The position numbers were made by a program, and so were the translations under genes. Source: Octopus vulgaris (taxonomy: Eukaryota). Taken from it: a stretch of 64,000 bases of DNA. This document shows positions 27,139 through 41,650 of this stretch, in pieces; position 1 is the stretch's first letter; the number at the start of each line of letters is the position of its first letter. The notes below the pieces were generated by a model. It did no database searches, had not been told where the DNA came from, and worked only from the letters and a program-made list of their open reading frames with translations. Location of the stretch: NCBI GenBank assembly GCA_951406725.2, contig OX597818.1:100688001-100752000 (forward strand), given 5' to 3'.

Positions 27139-29437
27139 GCATGTAACTGATGTGTGTACCGAGAACAGCATATTAGTAACTATACATTTGCGCAACTTTA
27201 TCTCTTCAAATTCATATTCCAAATTCCTGTATTCTTTACATAAACATCTGTCATAGAATGATTTAGAAAAAAATTAATTTATTTCCACTTGTTTGTTGTA
27301 CGCCAGACTTAAATATCGCTGATATATCAAATTGCCTGTCTGAAATGGAATCTCTATTTGTGTACTATTTTTTCGTTTGCCATTACGGCAATTTCAAAAC
27401 TATTTTCGCTTCCATATCCATGTTCATATGCCAGTCTCAATATAGATAATCATATGTTTTACTTATAATTTGTACTATAATGCTCTCTCTATCTCTCTTA
27501 GCAGATATTTATATGTATATAACTGAAAATGCCAAAATTGATACATTCTATCTCACTTTACAATAGAACGGATGAAAGGCTACGCTTACTATAATATATT
27601 GGTATTGAAATAAGCAATACGGCAAGTAAACATCGAGGTACTTTCAGTAAAATCACCTGAAGAGGGGCATCTCCACGTAAAATTGCTGACAATTGATAGA
27701 ATCGTATCTCATATCTAAGGTACGGATGCATGGTGAGTCAAAACATTCTACTTCTGACTAAGGAGTCTGGTGAATTTCATTTTTTGCCTCTCAACTTTTT
27801 ATATAAACTTTACGGGTACAAAGTAATTCTTAAATACGCTGGAATATAACTCTATATTGTTGTTGACATTAGGTGACCGAACACGGTGGACACGCTTTAA
27901 GAATCACACTACAATCTATCTACCTCTGTATATTACTGCACACACATACGCACTCACACACACACACGTATAAATTAACAGAAATAGCTTTTTGTAATGT
28001 TAAACCGTTAAGTAAAATTATAGTCGTTAACTAAACGCAACTAAAGGTGTCAAGACACCTACATTGCTAGAAATAAGAGCTAAAATGTTCTACCACATAA
28101 CATATATTCTAATGGGGGCTGCAATCGCCCCGAATACCAAACAGAGAATTCCATTCCCTAGACTGACTTAGCAGTTTCATCTCTTTCAGTAGTCATCGTC
28201 AGTAAGGCCAGCTTTTCGGTTGATTCCGGGTTACCTCGGCTATCAAATTATCGGGTAATCTCTCCAGTTCGTAAATATATATTCACTGTGTATCTAGAAG
28301 CGGCGTTTTGAGCATCTTATTCGCATACAGGATATCTAAATATATTTTTTATGAATTATCCTTTATAGCTGAATTCGGCTCGCAATATTCTGTCCATCAA
28401 TACAAACATGTTTGTGTGTGCAGACATGTGTGTTTGTACATGTCTCGTTGTGAGTGCATGTAATAACGAATATAAACTTTAATAATGACTGATGTGAATA
28501 ACGAAATAGCTTATAATCAATATAACGTTCAGTAAAATAACCACCGTATATTTAACTATTGGTGGATATGGTGCTTTCGTGTTCCATAAAAATACTTCAG
28601 TAACTGCATTTCGCGGGTTGGCCTAATGAATGCGAATAATTTTAATATTTAGCTCGAAAATGGCTTCAAACGTATAGATATATATATATATACATATGAA
28701 AGGGGTGTTTGCTAAATTTTTCTTGAGAACATTTAGTGGTAAGACCATAGCGGATCTACTTCTAGCATAAGGGTTGTCCCTCTCATATGTATATAATACA
28801 ATTTAATGAACCTTCAGATTTTAATATGCTAGAACACTGGTGTTAAGTTGATGCTAATTAAATCAATATCCAATTTCTCACCCTCATTTTAAATTTAGAT
28901 ATACCTATGTATTCAGGACCGAAGAATTGGGATGCCTTATTGTTATTTACAACCAATAAAGCCAAAGTATCAATGATTTCTTATTCATTCTGCTGGAAAT
29001 GGAATCCGAATTTTTGTCATAGCCTGTTCAATGTAATATAATCCAATCTAAGTGATATATGGGGAAGCCGATATGGACATGGTTAGGACGCCTTTTATGA
29101 TATCTGCACTGTCAAGAGCATAGCAGTGTCTAAAATATAACATTAACAATATTGTACAGTTTACAAGTTGTTCAATAACCTAGCTTAAATATTATTTGTG
29201 GTGATATACTGGTAAATCAATAGGAATTCAATAGGTTGTACGGAAAATTGTTAAAGGAATACATTTTCAGTGAAATGAAACAAAGTCTAAGAATAATGGA
29301 AGTCGTAAATTTCAATATGGATCTCGAGCAAATATTAGAAGTAAGATTCGTTGTGATATTTAAGTAAATACAGGTACAACGTAACCTACAGACATGGCTA
29401 CAGGAACGTGAAATATCCGTTTATAACGCTGTACGTG

Positions 29438-29765
29438 AAGGCGCATAGCTCAGTGATAAGCGCGTCGGGCTCACAGTCATGTGGTAGTGAGTTCAATTCC
29501 TGGACCGGCTTGTGAGTTCTTGACCAAGACATTTTATTTCACGTTTCTTCAGTTCATTCAGCTGTAGAAATGAGTTAAGACGTCTCTGGTGCCAAGCTGT
29601 ATCAGCCTTTGCCTTTCCCTTTTCCTTGGATATGATTGGTGGCTTGAAAGGAGGAGACTGGTATGCACGGGTGACTGCTGGGCTTCCATAGCCAAACATG
29701 CCTGGGAGGGGTACTTCCTAGTTGCAATCCCATGGTCATTCATGACCAAAGGGGATCTTTACTTT
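29438..29765 (+). mobile_element. tRNA-derived SINE family C
   Basis: A box tagctcagtgataag, B box gagttcaattcc, body ttgaccaagacattttatttcacg. Inverted copy at 49075-49408. Confidence 0.85.
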
Positions 29766-30675
29766 TTTAAACTCTGTACAGAAATATGCATTCATGTGTA
29801 AAGTATTACCTGTGTTTTACAGTGAACATTGTACATATATTTATAAAAATGCATACACATTTGTGTGGATGCGTGTGTACATGTTTCTGTATGCTTGTGT
29901 GCAACTTTATATATGTATATGTAGTAGAAAATGCGTGTACAAACAGATCTATGATTGTTAAAATTACATTTAGCGAACCACTTAGATAACCATAATGTTG
30001 TGTGCCTCCAGCAGAGCTGTTAAGTAACTCCTATGCAGCGCATAAACAATTTGTGTATATTTTTATATATATATATATCAATAAACATATAGATCTATCT
30101 ATCTATCTAACTATGATATTTATATTTCTTGTTTTTCTTTTCTTCCTTTACTTATGCCAGTCACTTGGATGCGGCCGTCCTGGAGCATCGCCTTAAAGGG
30201 CATTTTTAGTCGTAGAAGTCCCCCTGAGGATTTATTCTTTGTAAGCCTAGTACTTACTCTATTGGCTTCTATTGTCAAACGACTAAGTTACGGGTACGCA
30301 AACCCACCACCATCGGTTGACGAGCTATGGTGGTGGTGGGAATACAGACACAAAGACACACACACATGTCGGTTGAGATCGGTAAATTATTTCCAACCAT
30401 AACAATCATCCACATTTCTCTCATCAGATGTAATTTACTACAAATTTCTTTCGAATATTAAATGCCAGGAATTTTTAAAGACTTTTTAAGATTCGAATGT
30501 TGTTTCGAAACAACATATTGTTCAGGTGAATGATATATAATAAGAGCTGGGTTTACATGCTTAAAAAGATTATAAAACTATTGATAATAATGTTTGAAGA
30601 TGAATTATTTTTGGAAAAACATTTAAAACTTGATAAATATTTATGTCTACAAACACAGATACACAAACACACACA

Positions 30676-30731
<56 letters not shown>

Positions 30732-30831
30732 TACGATGGGCTTCTTTCAGTTTTCGTCTGCCAAATCCACTCACAAGGCTTTGGTCGGCTCGAGGCTATA
30801 GTAGAAGACACTTGCCCAAGGTGCCACTCAG

Positions 30832-31426
<595 letters not shown>

Positions 31427-32155
31427 AATATATATTTATGACCGTCAATACTGTTCTTTTTTTCAGAAATATTATAAATTTGCAATAATCCTATCAACAC
31501 TTTAAACTTGGACAAAAATCTAAATATGATTTTTGTTTAATGCTTTTACCTATATGGATGCATTGCAATCTAGGTTATTGTACCTTTGTTATACTTGGGA
31601 CGCTCATAAGCTTTATCCTACGTCATTCTCATCTATCAATATCTACACTCATATTTCACACTTATAAATTAGTACGCTGCTAGTGAATGATTTTTTTTTC
31701 CAATCGATTCAGGACATTTAATAATTCAAGGCGTTTTTAAGATTGTTTGTATATGGTGAGTCTTGCACGTAGAAATTTTTATTTTCTACAAACTTTTGAT
31801 ACTTATCATTAACTTAGTAAATATTCAAATAATATTTTTAGTAAATAAACGATTCTACGCCTCTAGGAAATATGTCTCCGTTTTGGAATATTTGAAAGTT
31901 AAGTATGCTGGATGATTTAATACCAAACTTATATTAATTCATATTTCTAAGGTGTTTACGTTTCTCTTATACATTTCATTTAATGGATTTCTGGATAATA
32001 TTCTCTCCACAATCCGACAAATATTTTCCTCCAGCAAACCTACCTCTGATAGAATTGCGCTGAGTTTACTTTATGTTTATATCACATTTTCATTTGGTTA
32101 TTGCTTGCTACGGCATTTCTGGACATCGCCACATATAAGTGTTATATATAGAGAG

Positions 32156-32974
32156 AATACCAACGAGTTCCCTATGGATACCGTATTTATTACAACTTGT
32201 AAACGTATCTAACGAGCGAAAGCGAGTTGGATACGTTTACAAGCCACGAGATGTAATAAATACGGTTTCCATAGGGAATGAGTTTGGTATTTTATTTATT
32301 ACACACGAATAAACGACCATATTTTATTAACCCAATAACTAAATTCTTTACATCGTGTTGAAGCGCGTATGAATACAGCTTGATTTCACGTCAGTGACGT
32401 CACAATGTGTAACTGTAAAAGATGTCATGCCGCAGGAAGATAGTCCGACTTTGTTAACCTGTATCCAGCAACATGTCGAACTTGGCCAGTATTGATCTTC
32501 ACTTTGAACATTCTGTATGTTCCAAGAGGTTGAACAACGGATAACACTCTTCCCCCATCTTTACCATCAATCTTAACAAAATCATTCACCTTGATATCGA
32601 CAACAGTAGCCATCTTGTTGATAGATCTACCTCCACTGCAAGAGTACCGACGAGCAGACGAAATATGTTGTGATTTTTTTTGGCAACAAAAAATTGAATT
32701 ACCACCAGTAATGTTTATATTTTATGTGTATATGATTTTAAGTGATATCTGGTATAAAAAAGATAGTAAGTTTGTTTAATTACATGGCTGCATTCTACCT
32801 GCTCGTGAAAGTAATGAATGAAGTTTAGTTGTAACTTATGAATGACAAAAGTAGTGCCGTCACCGTGACCTCGGGTCATCACTATGGATTGACCACTCAG
32901 AAGCAGCGCTCGCAGTATCTGACATATGTTAGATACCAAAAATATCTCAAAGTGTTCTCACTCACATGTGTGTA

Positions 32975-32980
<6 letters not shown>
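32156..32980. mobile_element. Crypton-like non-autonomous element with terminal palindrome
   Basis: ~135-bp hairpin 32156-32291 centred on cgagcgaaagcgag, followed by atttattacacac, which is inverted relative to gtgtgtaataaat at 32968-80. Architecture recalls CryptonV non-autonomous elements. Confidence 0.5.
32425..32613 (-). CDS. 62-aa ORF inside the palindromic element, possible N-terminal fragment of an element-borne gene (small beta-barrel-like)
   Basis: ATG in good context (aacaagATGG) and normal protein-like composition (IKVNDFVKIDGKDGGRVLSV..YRMFKVKINTGQVRHVAGYRLTK). No family recognised. Confidence 0.35.
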   Translation of the reverse strand: MATVVDIKVNDFVKIDGKDGGRVLSVVQPLGTYRMFKVKINTGQVRHVAGYRLTKSDYLPAA

Positions 32981-33048
<68 letters not shown>

Positions 33049-33268
33049 ATATATGTATGTATGTATATATAAATGGATGAATGAATTATCCTTTGTTCAC
33101 AGTTAACACGGAAAATTCAATAAGCAGTTACCGGGGTATCAAAATTCACGCAAGTAACAGGGATGTAGCGGCCTATTAAAAGGTAGAAACTCCGGGTTAA
33201 TGTGCAGTAATTAGTATAGTATAAGTAAATAAATGGAGTTGAATGCAGATGTTATTCAAATTATTTTA

Positions 33269-33354
33269 CTTGCGTCATATGTTTCGAAGACAACATTGGT
33301 TTTATTCCATAGGAATAAACGGTGTAAAATAAGGTAATCTTCTCATCAGGAAAG
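33269..33354 (-). ncRNA. Hammerhead motif with extended stem II (cleavage site mutated)
   Basis: Minus: ctttc-CTGATGA-gaaga...tcttc-GAAA-catatg-AC-gcaag. Lies within a repeat starting at (TA)n ~33070. Confidence 0.55.
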
Positions 33355-34256
33355 AAAGAGAACCTATTTTAACAAGAAGACATTTTAACAATTTTGATGA
33401 CTGCATAAATGATAAACCGAACTCTATTAAGTATTTAAAACGAAAACCGTTAGTAGATCTGATGTCAAAGGCAGACCACAGGAAGAGAAGGGATAAAGAA
33501 ATAATAAGTAGCGAACAAATAGAGAGGGATATATTGGTTGAAAAAATGTTCAAAGGCTTGGAAGCAGATTTCTCTATTGAAGTAAAGTTCGAGGTGAACT
33601 AAATGTTCAAACTATACAGACTGTTATAAATCACTTATGTGAGCTAAAGGTATGTTTCTTCCAGTGCTTACATTTGTAAGATCGCTCTATAATTGTGTTA
33701 ACTAGGTGATTCTTAGAGAAGAAAATATGGAAGAGTTTAGAGTTGCAAATGTTACAAAATCATTTGCCTTTCAATAACACCTGCGCTAAACTACATTTAT
33801 TTAGTTATACTATATATATATAGTACATGTGTTATTATATAGTAACATTTGTAAAAATTCATTACACTCTATGTTAGTTTATTTTACACATCTAATCAAA
33901 AGACAAAAGCAGCAATTTGTTAATTTGAGTAGAAAAGAAACCACAACTCGTCATTTGACTTATTACAGCCTAGTGCTACGAAAATTTGTAAAATCCACAA
34001 ATCCATTAGAAATTTCCTAAGCTCAGATTATAATTACAAACTACGTCACTGGATTAGGTCAGCAATAACAAAATAGGTAAAATGTCTTTCTTATATTTTA
34101 AACTTCCTGATCGAAGGCAACATTAAAAAAGTAGCATCATATATATCGCACCATCAGCCAAAACCAAAGTCATTAGATTGAGAGGCAATAGCTATTATTT
34201 CAGTGTAATTAGTTATACAAATAGTTTAGTGTAGGTATGGTTACACTTAAATCCAG

Positions 34257-34328
<72 letters not shown>

Positions 34329-34341
34329 TAATAATAATAAT

Positions 34342-34734
34342 CATGAAGAAAAAAATGCTTTCTAATTGATGTATCATTACCGGCAGATGACAACGTGTCT
34401 CTAAAAGAAATGGAGAAACTTTCAAAATACAAAGACCTGGAAATAGAGGTAACCAGAATGTGGAATCTAAAAACAGAAACATAGTAGGTGCATTAGGTGC
34501 ATTAGGCATGATAAAAAAATATTCAGACAAATACATAACAAAAAAAAAAACAGGACTTACAAACACATATGACATACAGAAAATTGCACTACTAGGCACT
34601 GCACACATCTTACGCAAAACACTTTCCATACAATAACCATCAGAACATCACACCAAATCACAGCACATACCCAAGGCACACAGAGCTGCGCTCGGTAGTG
34701 AAGTGAAAGCACGCTATAAAAAATAAAACTACTG
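34342..34734 (+). mobile_element. R4/Dong LINE 3' end (same family as 25465-26875)
   Basis: Reads LIDVSLPADDNVSLKEMEKLSKYKDLEIEVTRMWNLK..IQKIALLGTAHILRK with the same 3' UTR. (AAT)n on both sides. Confidence 0.9.
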
Positions 34735-35064
34735 AATAATAATAATATTAATAATAATAATAATAATAATATTAATAATAATAATGATAATAATATGAAT
34801 AAAAAGAAGAAGAAGAAGCAGAAGAAGAAGAAGAAGAAGAACAACAACAACAACAACAACAATAACAACAAGATATAATTAGAGGCCACATGCATTGGAT
34901 TCATGAATGTCAACACAAATATTCTGAACTTCTGAAAACAGTCCGACAGAATTATTACTTATCAATTTCAAATGTTCAGAAACAGTGTCAATTTCTATAA
35001 CCTGTAACAAACACGCATATAGACTCAAAATCATATGTGTGTAAGTATGTAGGGTGATGTCAAA

Positions 35065-35172
35065 TCATGTACCTAGCGTACACTTTTTCAGACGGGTAGT
35101 CATGATGGGTAAACTGGGCTTCATATATTTTACCTCGGTGTTACTTTGATGGCATGCACTGCTGCCTCACTC
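35065..35172. mobile_element. Terminal fragment of the 24826-25356 repeat
   Basis: cagacgggtagtcatgatgggta...gatggcatgcactgctgcctca then (AAT)n. Confidence 0.8.
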
Positions 35173-35203
35173 AATAATAATAATGATAATAATGATGATG
35201 ATG

Positions 35204-35260
<57 letters not shown>

Positions 35261-35278
35261 TTAATGATAATAATAATA

Positions 35279-35325
<47 letters not shown>

Positions 35326-35388
35326 TATTATTATTATTATTTTTATTATTACTATTATTATTATTATCATTATATTATTATTATTATT

Positions 35389-35420
<32 letters not shown>

Positions 35421-35447
35421 TATTATTATTATTAGTATTATTATTAT

Positions 35448-36028
35448 TCGTTTGTAACACTGTGTAGGTAAAAATACACCGGTGTCTTTCGTCATCTGTC
35501 AAGTGACAACAAAAACCTCAAACATATTTTCGCGAAGATGTGGACAATAATGCTGCTTTTTGTAAGACATGAATCTTTGCACGGGATTTCCAGTTGCCTG
35601 AAGAAGTTTCAATGGGGATTGTGCCCACTGGTATCACATTTCCATTACCGACTCGCATTTCATACAGTCTTGTCATTTCCACTTTCAACTCGGATTCGTG
35701 ATTTTTTCAACCTCATCTCTCACAAAATTCTTGACAAATGGAATGGCTACAGTAATGATCTGACAGTATTTGTCTCTGTCTATTCAATATGACAATATCC
35801 AGCCGGCGGTGTTCGATTACACGATCCGTTTGCAAATCATAGTCCCAGAGTATCTTTATTTTTCCATCCTCCAGCATAACTTTAGTTGGTACATGTTCAT
35901 ACCAGTTCTCTGTTACTTCACATGGGTTTTTACGGCATAAGAGCCAACGAAGATACCCAGACATTTTATCGTGACGGCGTTTGTATTCTTTGTTTGCAAG
36001 TCTCTCTTATCCACTTATCAAGTAGGTC
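35448..36028 (-). mobile_element. Second R4/Dong-type LINE family, 3' end
   Basis: Minus: RHDKMSGYLRWLLC..WYEHVP..KILWDYDLQTDRVIEHRRLDIVI..LQKAALL. (AAT)n on both sides in element orientation. Confidence 0.85.
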
Positions 36029-36029
36029 A

Positions 36030-36075
<46 letters not shown>

Positions 36076-36158
36076 GTTTTGTTGTTGTTGTTCTTGTTCT
36101 TCCTCTTCCTCTTCTTTTTATTATTATTATTATTATATTTTTTAATTTTTATTATTGC

Positions 36159-36198
<40 letters not shown>

Positions 36199-36211
36199 GT
36201 TTTTATTATTA

Positions 36212-36242
<31 letters not shown>

Positions 36243-36892
36243 AAAACCCAAATATCTTTGTGAATCACAACTCCCCAGAGATTCCTGGCCGAAATATTTA
36301 CTTTTTCGTAATTCATCTATCTGTGAAAAAAAAAAAGAAAAGAAAAGGGAAAACGGTTCAGCGTGACTCTGCTCTCGATGCTGCATACAAAATATTTTCT
36401 ATGCACCTTCCTTAAAGTATTGATTAACTTTCATACTCTGCCTTACTCTGTTTCTGTTCAGCTTTTCTCAGTAGCGAGTGCCAACAACTATGACTGACGA
36501 AATTCCCCGCCAATTTTGTTTTACTAACTCTCTACTTCACTTCATTCTCTGTCACTGACAAATGATGTCTTGACGTCTGTTGTCCTTTTAAAGATGTCCT
36601 TGGGGCTAAAGAATGTGTTATGTATATAGGTAGTTATAGAAAACTAAGGCTTAACTAATGAGTTGCATTCATAAAGCCTCTATAATAGTCTAGTTAATCC
36701 GCTGTTTTCAGTGCATTCTGGTATATTATTGTTTGCGGCTAATTTCTATTAAAGAGTTGAAATACCCCGAGCTCGACTGTGAGATCTGCATCTACATTCC
36801 TATCATCTCACGCACAAGCCTTACTGTAAAATATTCCTGGTAATTTTCACCTCTACATTACGAACTGAAATACGTATTCTAAAGTTAGTTGT

Positions 36893-37170
36893 GCAAGCGC
36901 AATGGCCCAGTGGTTAGGGCAGCGGTCTCGCGGTCGGAGGATCGCGATTTCAATTCCCAGACCGGGCGTTGTGTGTGTTTATTGAAATAAAACACCTAAA
37001 GCTCCACGGGGCTCCAAGAGTGGGTGGTGGCGACCCCTGTTGTATTCTTTCAACCCAACTTTCTGTCACTCTTTCTTCCTACTTGTTGGGTAACGCTGCG
37101 ATGGACATACGCCAGAGAAACCGGTAAGCCGGGCCCATGAGCATGGCTAGGCTTGAAAAGGATGCTGAAG
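36893..37170 (+). mobile_element. tRNA-derived SINE family D
   Basis: A box tggcccagtggttagg, B box gatttcaattccc, body gtgtttattga..aacacctaaagctcca, tail gtaacgctgcgatggac. Confidence 0.85.
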
Positions 37171-39711
37171 GAAATAATAACGTTAGTTATAAACACGCAT
37201 ATTGGTTTCCAACATAGGTACAAAGCTAGGAATTCTGAGAGAGGTCTAAGTCGATTACGCCCTGTATGCAATCACTGAATTTCATACATTTTATTTTCGT
37301 CTGTCTGAATGTTTCCCTGTGCATATATTATATACTTTTGTAGAGAAAGAAGAAGAAAAACAAAGAAGTAAAATGGATCTTGTTTTTTGCTCGCAACATC
37401 TTTTGCTCCCAAGTTTATTAAATATTCATTCCATGAACATAAATTGAACAGAATTTTTCAGTAGAATCTATAATTATTTTAAAATCCATGACTTAGAAGA
37501 ATAAAAATACGTTGAATTCAACGATCCTGAGGGCAATGATGATGATGATGATGATGACGACGACGACGACCACGTGAGGATGGTGTGGTGATGGTGGTAG
37601 TGATAATGAGTATGACTACTTGCACACAGTACTCACCCATATATTGTACAACAGACCGTGTGTTCAATCTGACTTCTGTACTTACCAGAAATTTATTTTA
37701 TCGTACAGGATACATTTGTATTTGAACTTGCCGCATAAAGTAGCATATCATATGTTATAAATAATTAACCCCTCAGAATCTTCCCTCAATAATAATTTGG
37801 AGCAATACCACAAGGATATGAAGGATAGCATATATGAGTAAATGGACGCTAATCCTGGGTCAACGCTTTCTTTTTCATCTCCAATAGGATAAAACCGACA
37901 GAAAACCATGTAGGATTAGATCCTACTGAGCAGATGCTTGCATGTTAGCATCAACGCCATGACATGTCTGAACTGATGCACATTACCAATATGAATGGCA
38001 AAAATTGATTATTGAAATGTGTATAATTCAGTCATAAATTGCTCCTTTATTACATTCCACAACGGTCGTCGCTTATATTCATCAGTACAAAAATTCAAAA
38101 ATCTTGTATTCTGTTGACAACTTGTAAGAGTTACACTAACAATATTTCACTAATTGTGATAATAGAAGATTGAAAACAGTCACGTCTCTAACCATCGCGA
38201 TAAATGCCATCATACAGGTTCTCTGCAATTAATTATAAATCCAAATTCGTTAAAAATAGATTTACAGAACTATCGATTATAAAGTAGCATGTGACAATAA
38301 CTTGACTAAACGAAAATGAATTTGAAATGAACGTTTAACGCTTTGTGTCTGAAAATGATCTTCATCTGTAACAACAAATAATAAAACAATAAAGCGATTA
38401 GAAGAAAGACACGAACAAGAATCGCTCCCAGATTAAAAGTCAAGCACAATCGATTACAAGACGAAACAATCGATAAGCACGCAAACACAAATATATACAT
38501 GTATTAATTAGACATCTTTTGAAACACACACAAAATTAATTACACACACATACACTGAGAGAAAGGCATAGACAGAATGAATATTACATTCACGCACACA
38601 GATACACAGACACTCATACATATGGATAAAGATATAGATATAGTTGCGTGTACATTCTACGTAGAATGTATGGTTATATAATGTTTTCAAAATATATGCT
38701 AGAAATAAAAGAGGTGAATAAAAAATATTCGATTGAAAAGTTTAATCCTTTAATGTATAAAGCTTAATATAATCTTTTAATGTATCTCCTTGCAACCATA
38801 ATTGCATACACCATAGTAACATTTAACAAGAGCCGATTCTTTATCTCTTTGTTGCTCTTGAAAACTCATAGATAAAACGGCAGTAAACTATGAAAATTGA
38901 AAAAGAAAAATTAAACAAGTAGAAGAAAAATTTAAATGTAAATATGACGAATAAACAAGAAAAGAAGTAAAATTAAGAATTCTGAAGTTTCTACACTTTA
39001 AGTTCATTTAGATATCACGTGATTTAACATTAGAAATCGATTATCGATTTTGTGCGAGTTTAATTTTCTTCTAGATTTTATATTTTTTTGTATTATTAAT
39101 TTTGTAATTTATTTTTGTGCGTTTGCAAAATCTCTTCTTAACTATAAAGTTCTCTGACCTAAATGATTGTGAATATGCTAGATTCGAAAAATACGAAATC
39201 CAGAAGCAAAAGAAGAGATGAAAAATATCTGAATCCTAATATAACAGGAAGGAAAACGTTAACCGTGATAACGAATACTGTATGTCTAGTATTTATATTC
39301 TATGTTCAGCCAGTTTAGGAGATTGCATCATTCATATACATGAATAATTCAAACCAGCTTCATAGAAGTATGGAAATATACAGGTATTGTAGTATTAATC
39401 GATCGGATGTGATGTAGAATATTTAAATGGGCCAGTATAGAAACAGACGTATCACATACATTACTTGAATATCTTGTCTATTTCTAACAATTGGGTAAAT
39501 TTTTAAGCCGAAGAAAGCATCAAATGATGAAATAGTATATTTCATATCATTTGCTATTGTATTACGTTTAGGATTATAAAAGTTACACTTACAAATACCA
39601 CAAAATTTTAATTTAAATTTCATAATCCTAGTGCTACAAAGGTCTCGCATTTATACCATCTGTTCTAATATAAAGCAAATATTGCAAGGGAATAATTTAT
39701 TCACATATATT

Positions 39712-40056
39712 CATTTCTACCGAACTTTGGGGGGGGAGAGGGCCTGCTCGTTCGATCGACTCCAGTATGCAACTGGTACTTATTTTATCGATCCCGAAAG
39801 GATGAAAGGCAATATCGACCTTGGTGGAATTTGAACTCAGAGCGAAAAGACAGACGAAATACCTATTTCTTTACTACCCACAAGGAGCTAAACACAGAGA
39901 GGACAAAAAAGGACAGATTAAGGATCAAGTCGATTACATCCCGAAAGGATGAAAGGCAAAGTCGACCTCGGTGTAATTTGAAATCAGAACGTAGCGGCAG
40001 ACGAAATACCGCTAAGCATTTCGCCCGGCGTGCTAACGTTTCTACCAGCTCGTCTT
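39712..40056 (-). mobile_element. Dimeric/nested SINE family B
   Basis: cccgaaaggatgaaaggc and cagacgaaatacc each occur twice, with two different tails. Confidence 0.85.
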
Positions 40057-40845
40057 CTTAATGTATTCGCATACATTATTATAAGTAAATAAGATCTTTA
40101 CTTAATTGTTAATTTCCTTCATCTTAGGCATATCTAACTACATTATTTAAGCTTTAATACATATTTTAGATAGATATTTTGGCATCGAATTTGATTCTCT
40201 CAAATACTTAATATGTTAAAATATATAACTATATCCGATTTTCGAATCAATAGTAACGGTTACATGTTATTCATAAAACAGAAGATTAAAATGATTTAGC
40301 GCATTCATTCAACATAATTTCAAGTCCCGAGATATGTCGTGCTGACGTGTCCATAAGAAGGACGAAACAGTACTATTAAGAACTACCAGCGACTTTAAGA
40401 AATTTGTCCCATGGAAATGATCGAAAATAATTATATAGCAACATGTTTATGTTTCCCATTGTTTAATACAATTTATAAATTTCACAACATGCTTAAAGCT
40501 TAAAGCAAGAAGGGATTCTCTCACTTTCGGTTGCAGCAGCAGTCACACATGTGTGTAATTATCACGTTCACTAGAAGAACAAAATTGCTTCTGTTGACAG
40601 TAGAATTCATATTTTTCACCTCAGTGAATACTACAGAAATATTCCATTATTGCGTAAAATATATCATTTGAGGTCTAACAAGAACTAATCTGTGTTTTCT
40701 TCGTGCGTTACAACATAATTTTATATGTAAAACCTAAATTTTACATGTAAAACCGCTTCCTCCTCATCTCCTTCCTCCACCTCCCCTTCCTCCCCTTCTC
40801 ATCATTTCCTTTCCCCTCCTCTTCCTCCTCCTCCTCCTCCTCCTC

Positions 40846-40898
<53 letters not shown>

Positions 40899-41431
40899 TA
40901 TACTACTACTGTTGCTGCTGCTATTGTTACCATTGTTATTAATGCTGCTGGTGCTTCTACTGCTTCTGGTTCTTCAGCTGTGATCACTGCCACGACAGGA
41001 CACTTTCCCATCCCCACTGTGCCTGCTGTAGCTACTTACGAAAAGAAATATCACAAAAAGACTACCACCTCCTCTGTCACTTCTAAAAATAAAATGTCAC
41101 GACTACTAAGACTATGTCACTACAGCTGTTGCTACTGCTACTAGCACTGCCAAATCTACCATTCCGGCTTCCGTTACTAATACTTCCACTACTTCGTTAT
41201 TTGATACCATTGAATACTTTCGTCTAAGAACATACATGGTGGTCACTGATCTCTGAAAAATTATCCTAAACTAATATTTCAACTTGGGAAATCTTCTGAA
41301 ATATAAAGATTTAACTTATTATTCATTTTCTTTTCGCATTGCTATAAAGGCTCTACTTAATTTTGATTAGAATGTCACGTATCCTTCAGATAACTAGACA
41401 TCTTTATAAATATTTGTGTTATTCATATGAT

Positions 41432-41650
41432 AGCGAGCTGGCAGAATCGCTATCAGGCCCGGCAAAATGTTGAGCACCATTACGTTCATTTCTTACGTTC
41501 TCAGTTCAAGTTCAGCCGATGTCGACTTCGTCCTTAATCCTTTCGGGCTCGATAAAACAAGTACCATTACAGCAGTGTGTGCAGCGGGGTCGTTGTAATC
41601 GACTCACTCTCTCCCACGAAATTGTTAACCTTGTATCAAAATTTGAAGAC
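41432..41650 (+). mobile_element. SINE family B
   Basis: gcgagctggcagaatcg...gttcaag..gtcgacttcg..atcctttcgggctcgataa...gtaatcgac. Confidence 0.85.

Noticed and set aside
28165-28210. Minus-strand CTGACGA...GAAA remnant
   Set aside because: Stem II unpaired and cleavage triplet absent. Too decayed to call.
33350-33602. Open + frame after a cag (KEREPILTRRHF...)
   Set aside because: The apparent acceptor is the antisense of a hammerhead core inside a repeat, and no homology was recognised.
40755-41200. Mucin-like Thr/Ala/Ser-rich frame
   Set aside because: Degenerate (CCT)/(ACT)/(GCT) microsatellite with a frameshift and no start or splice signals.
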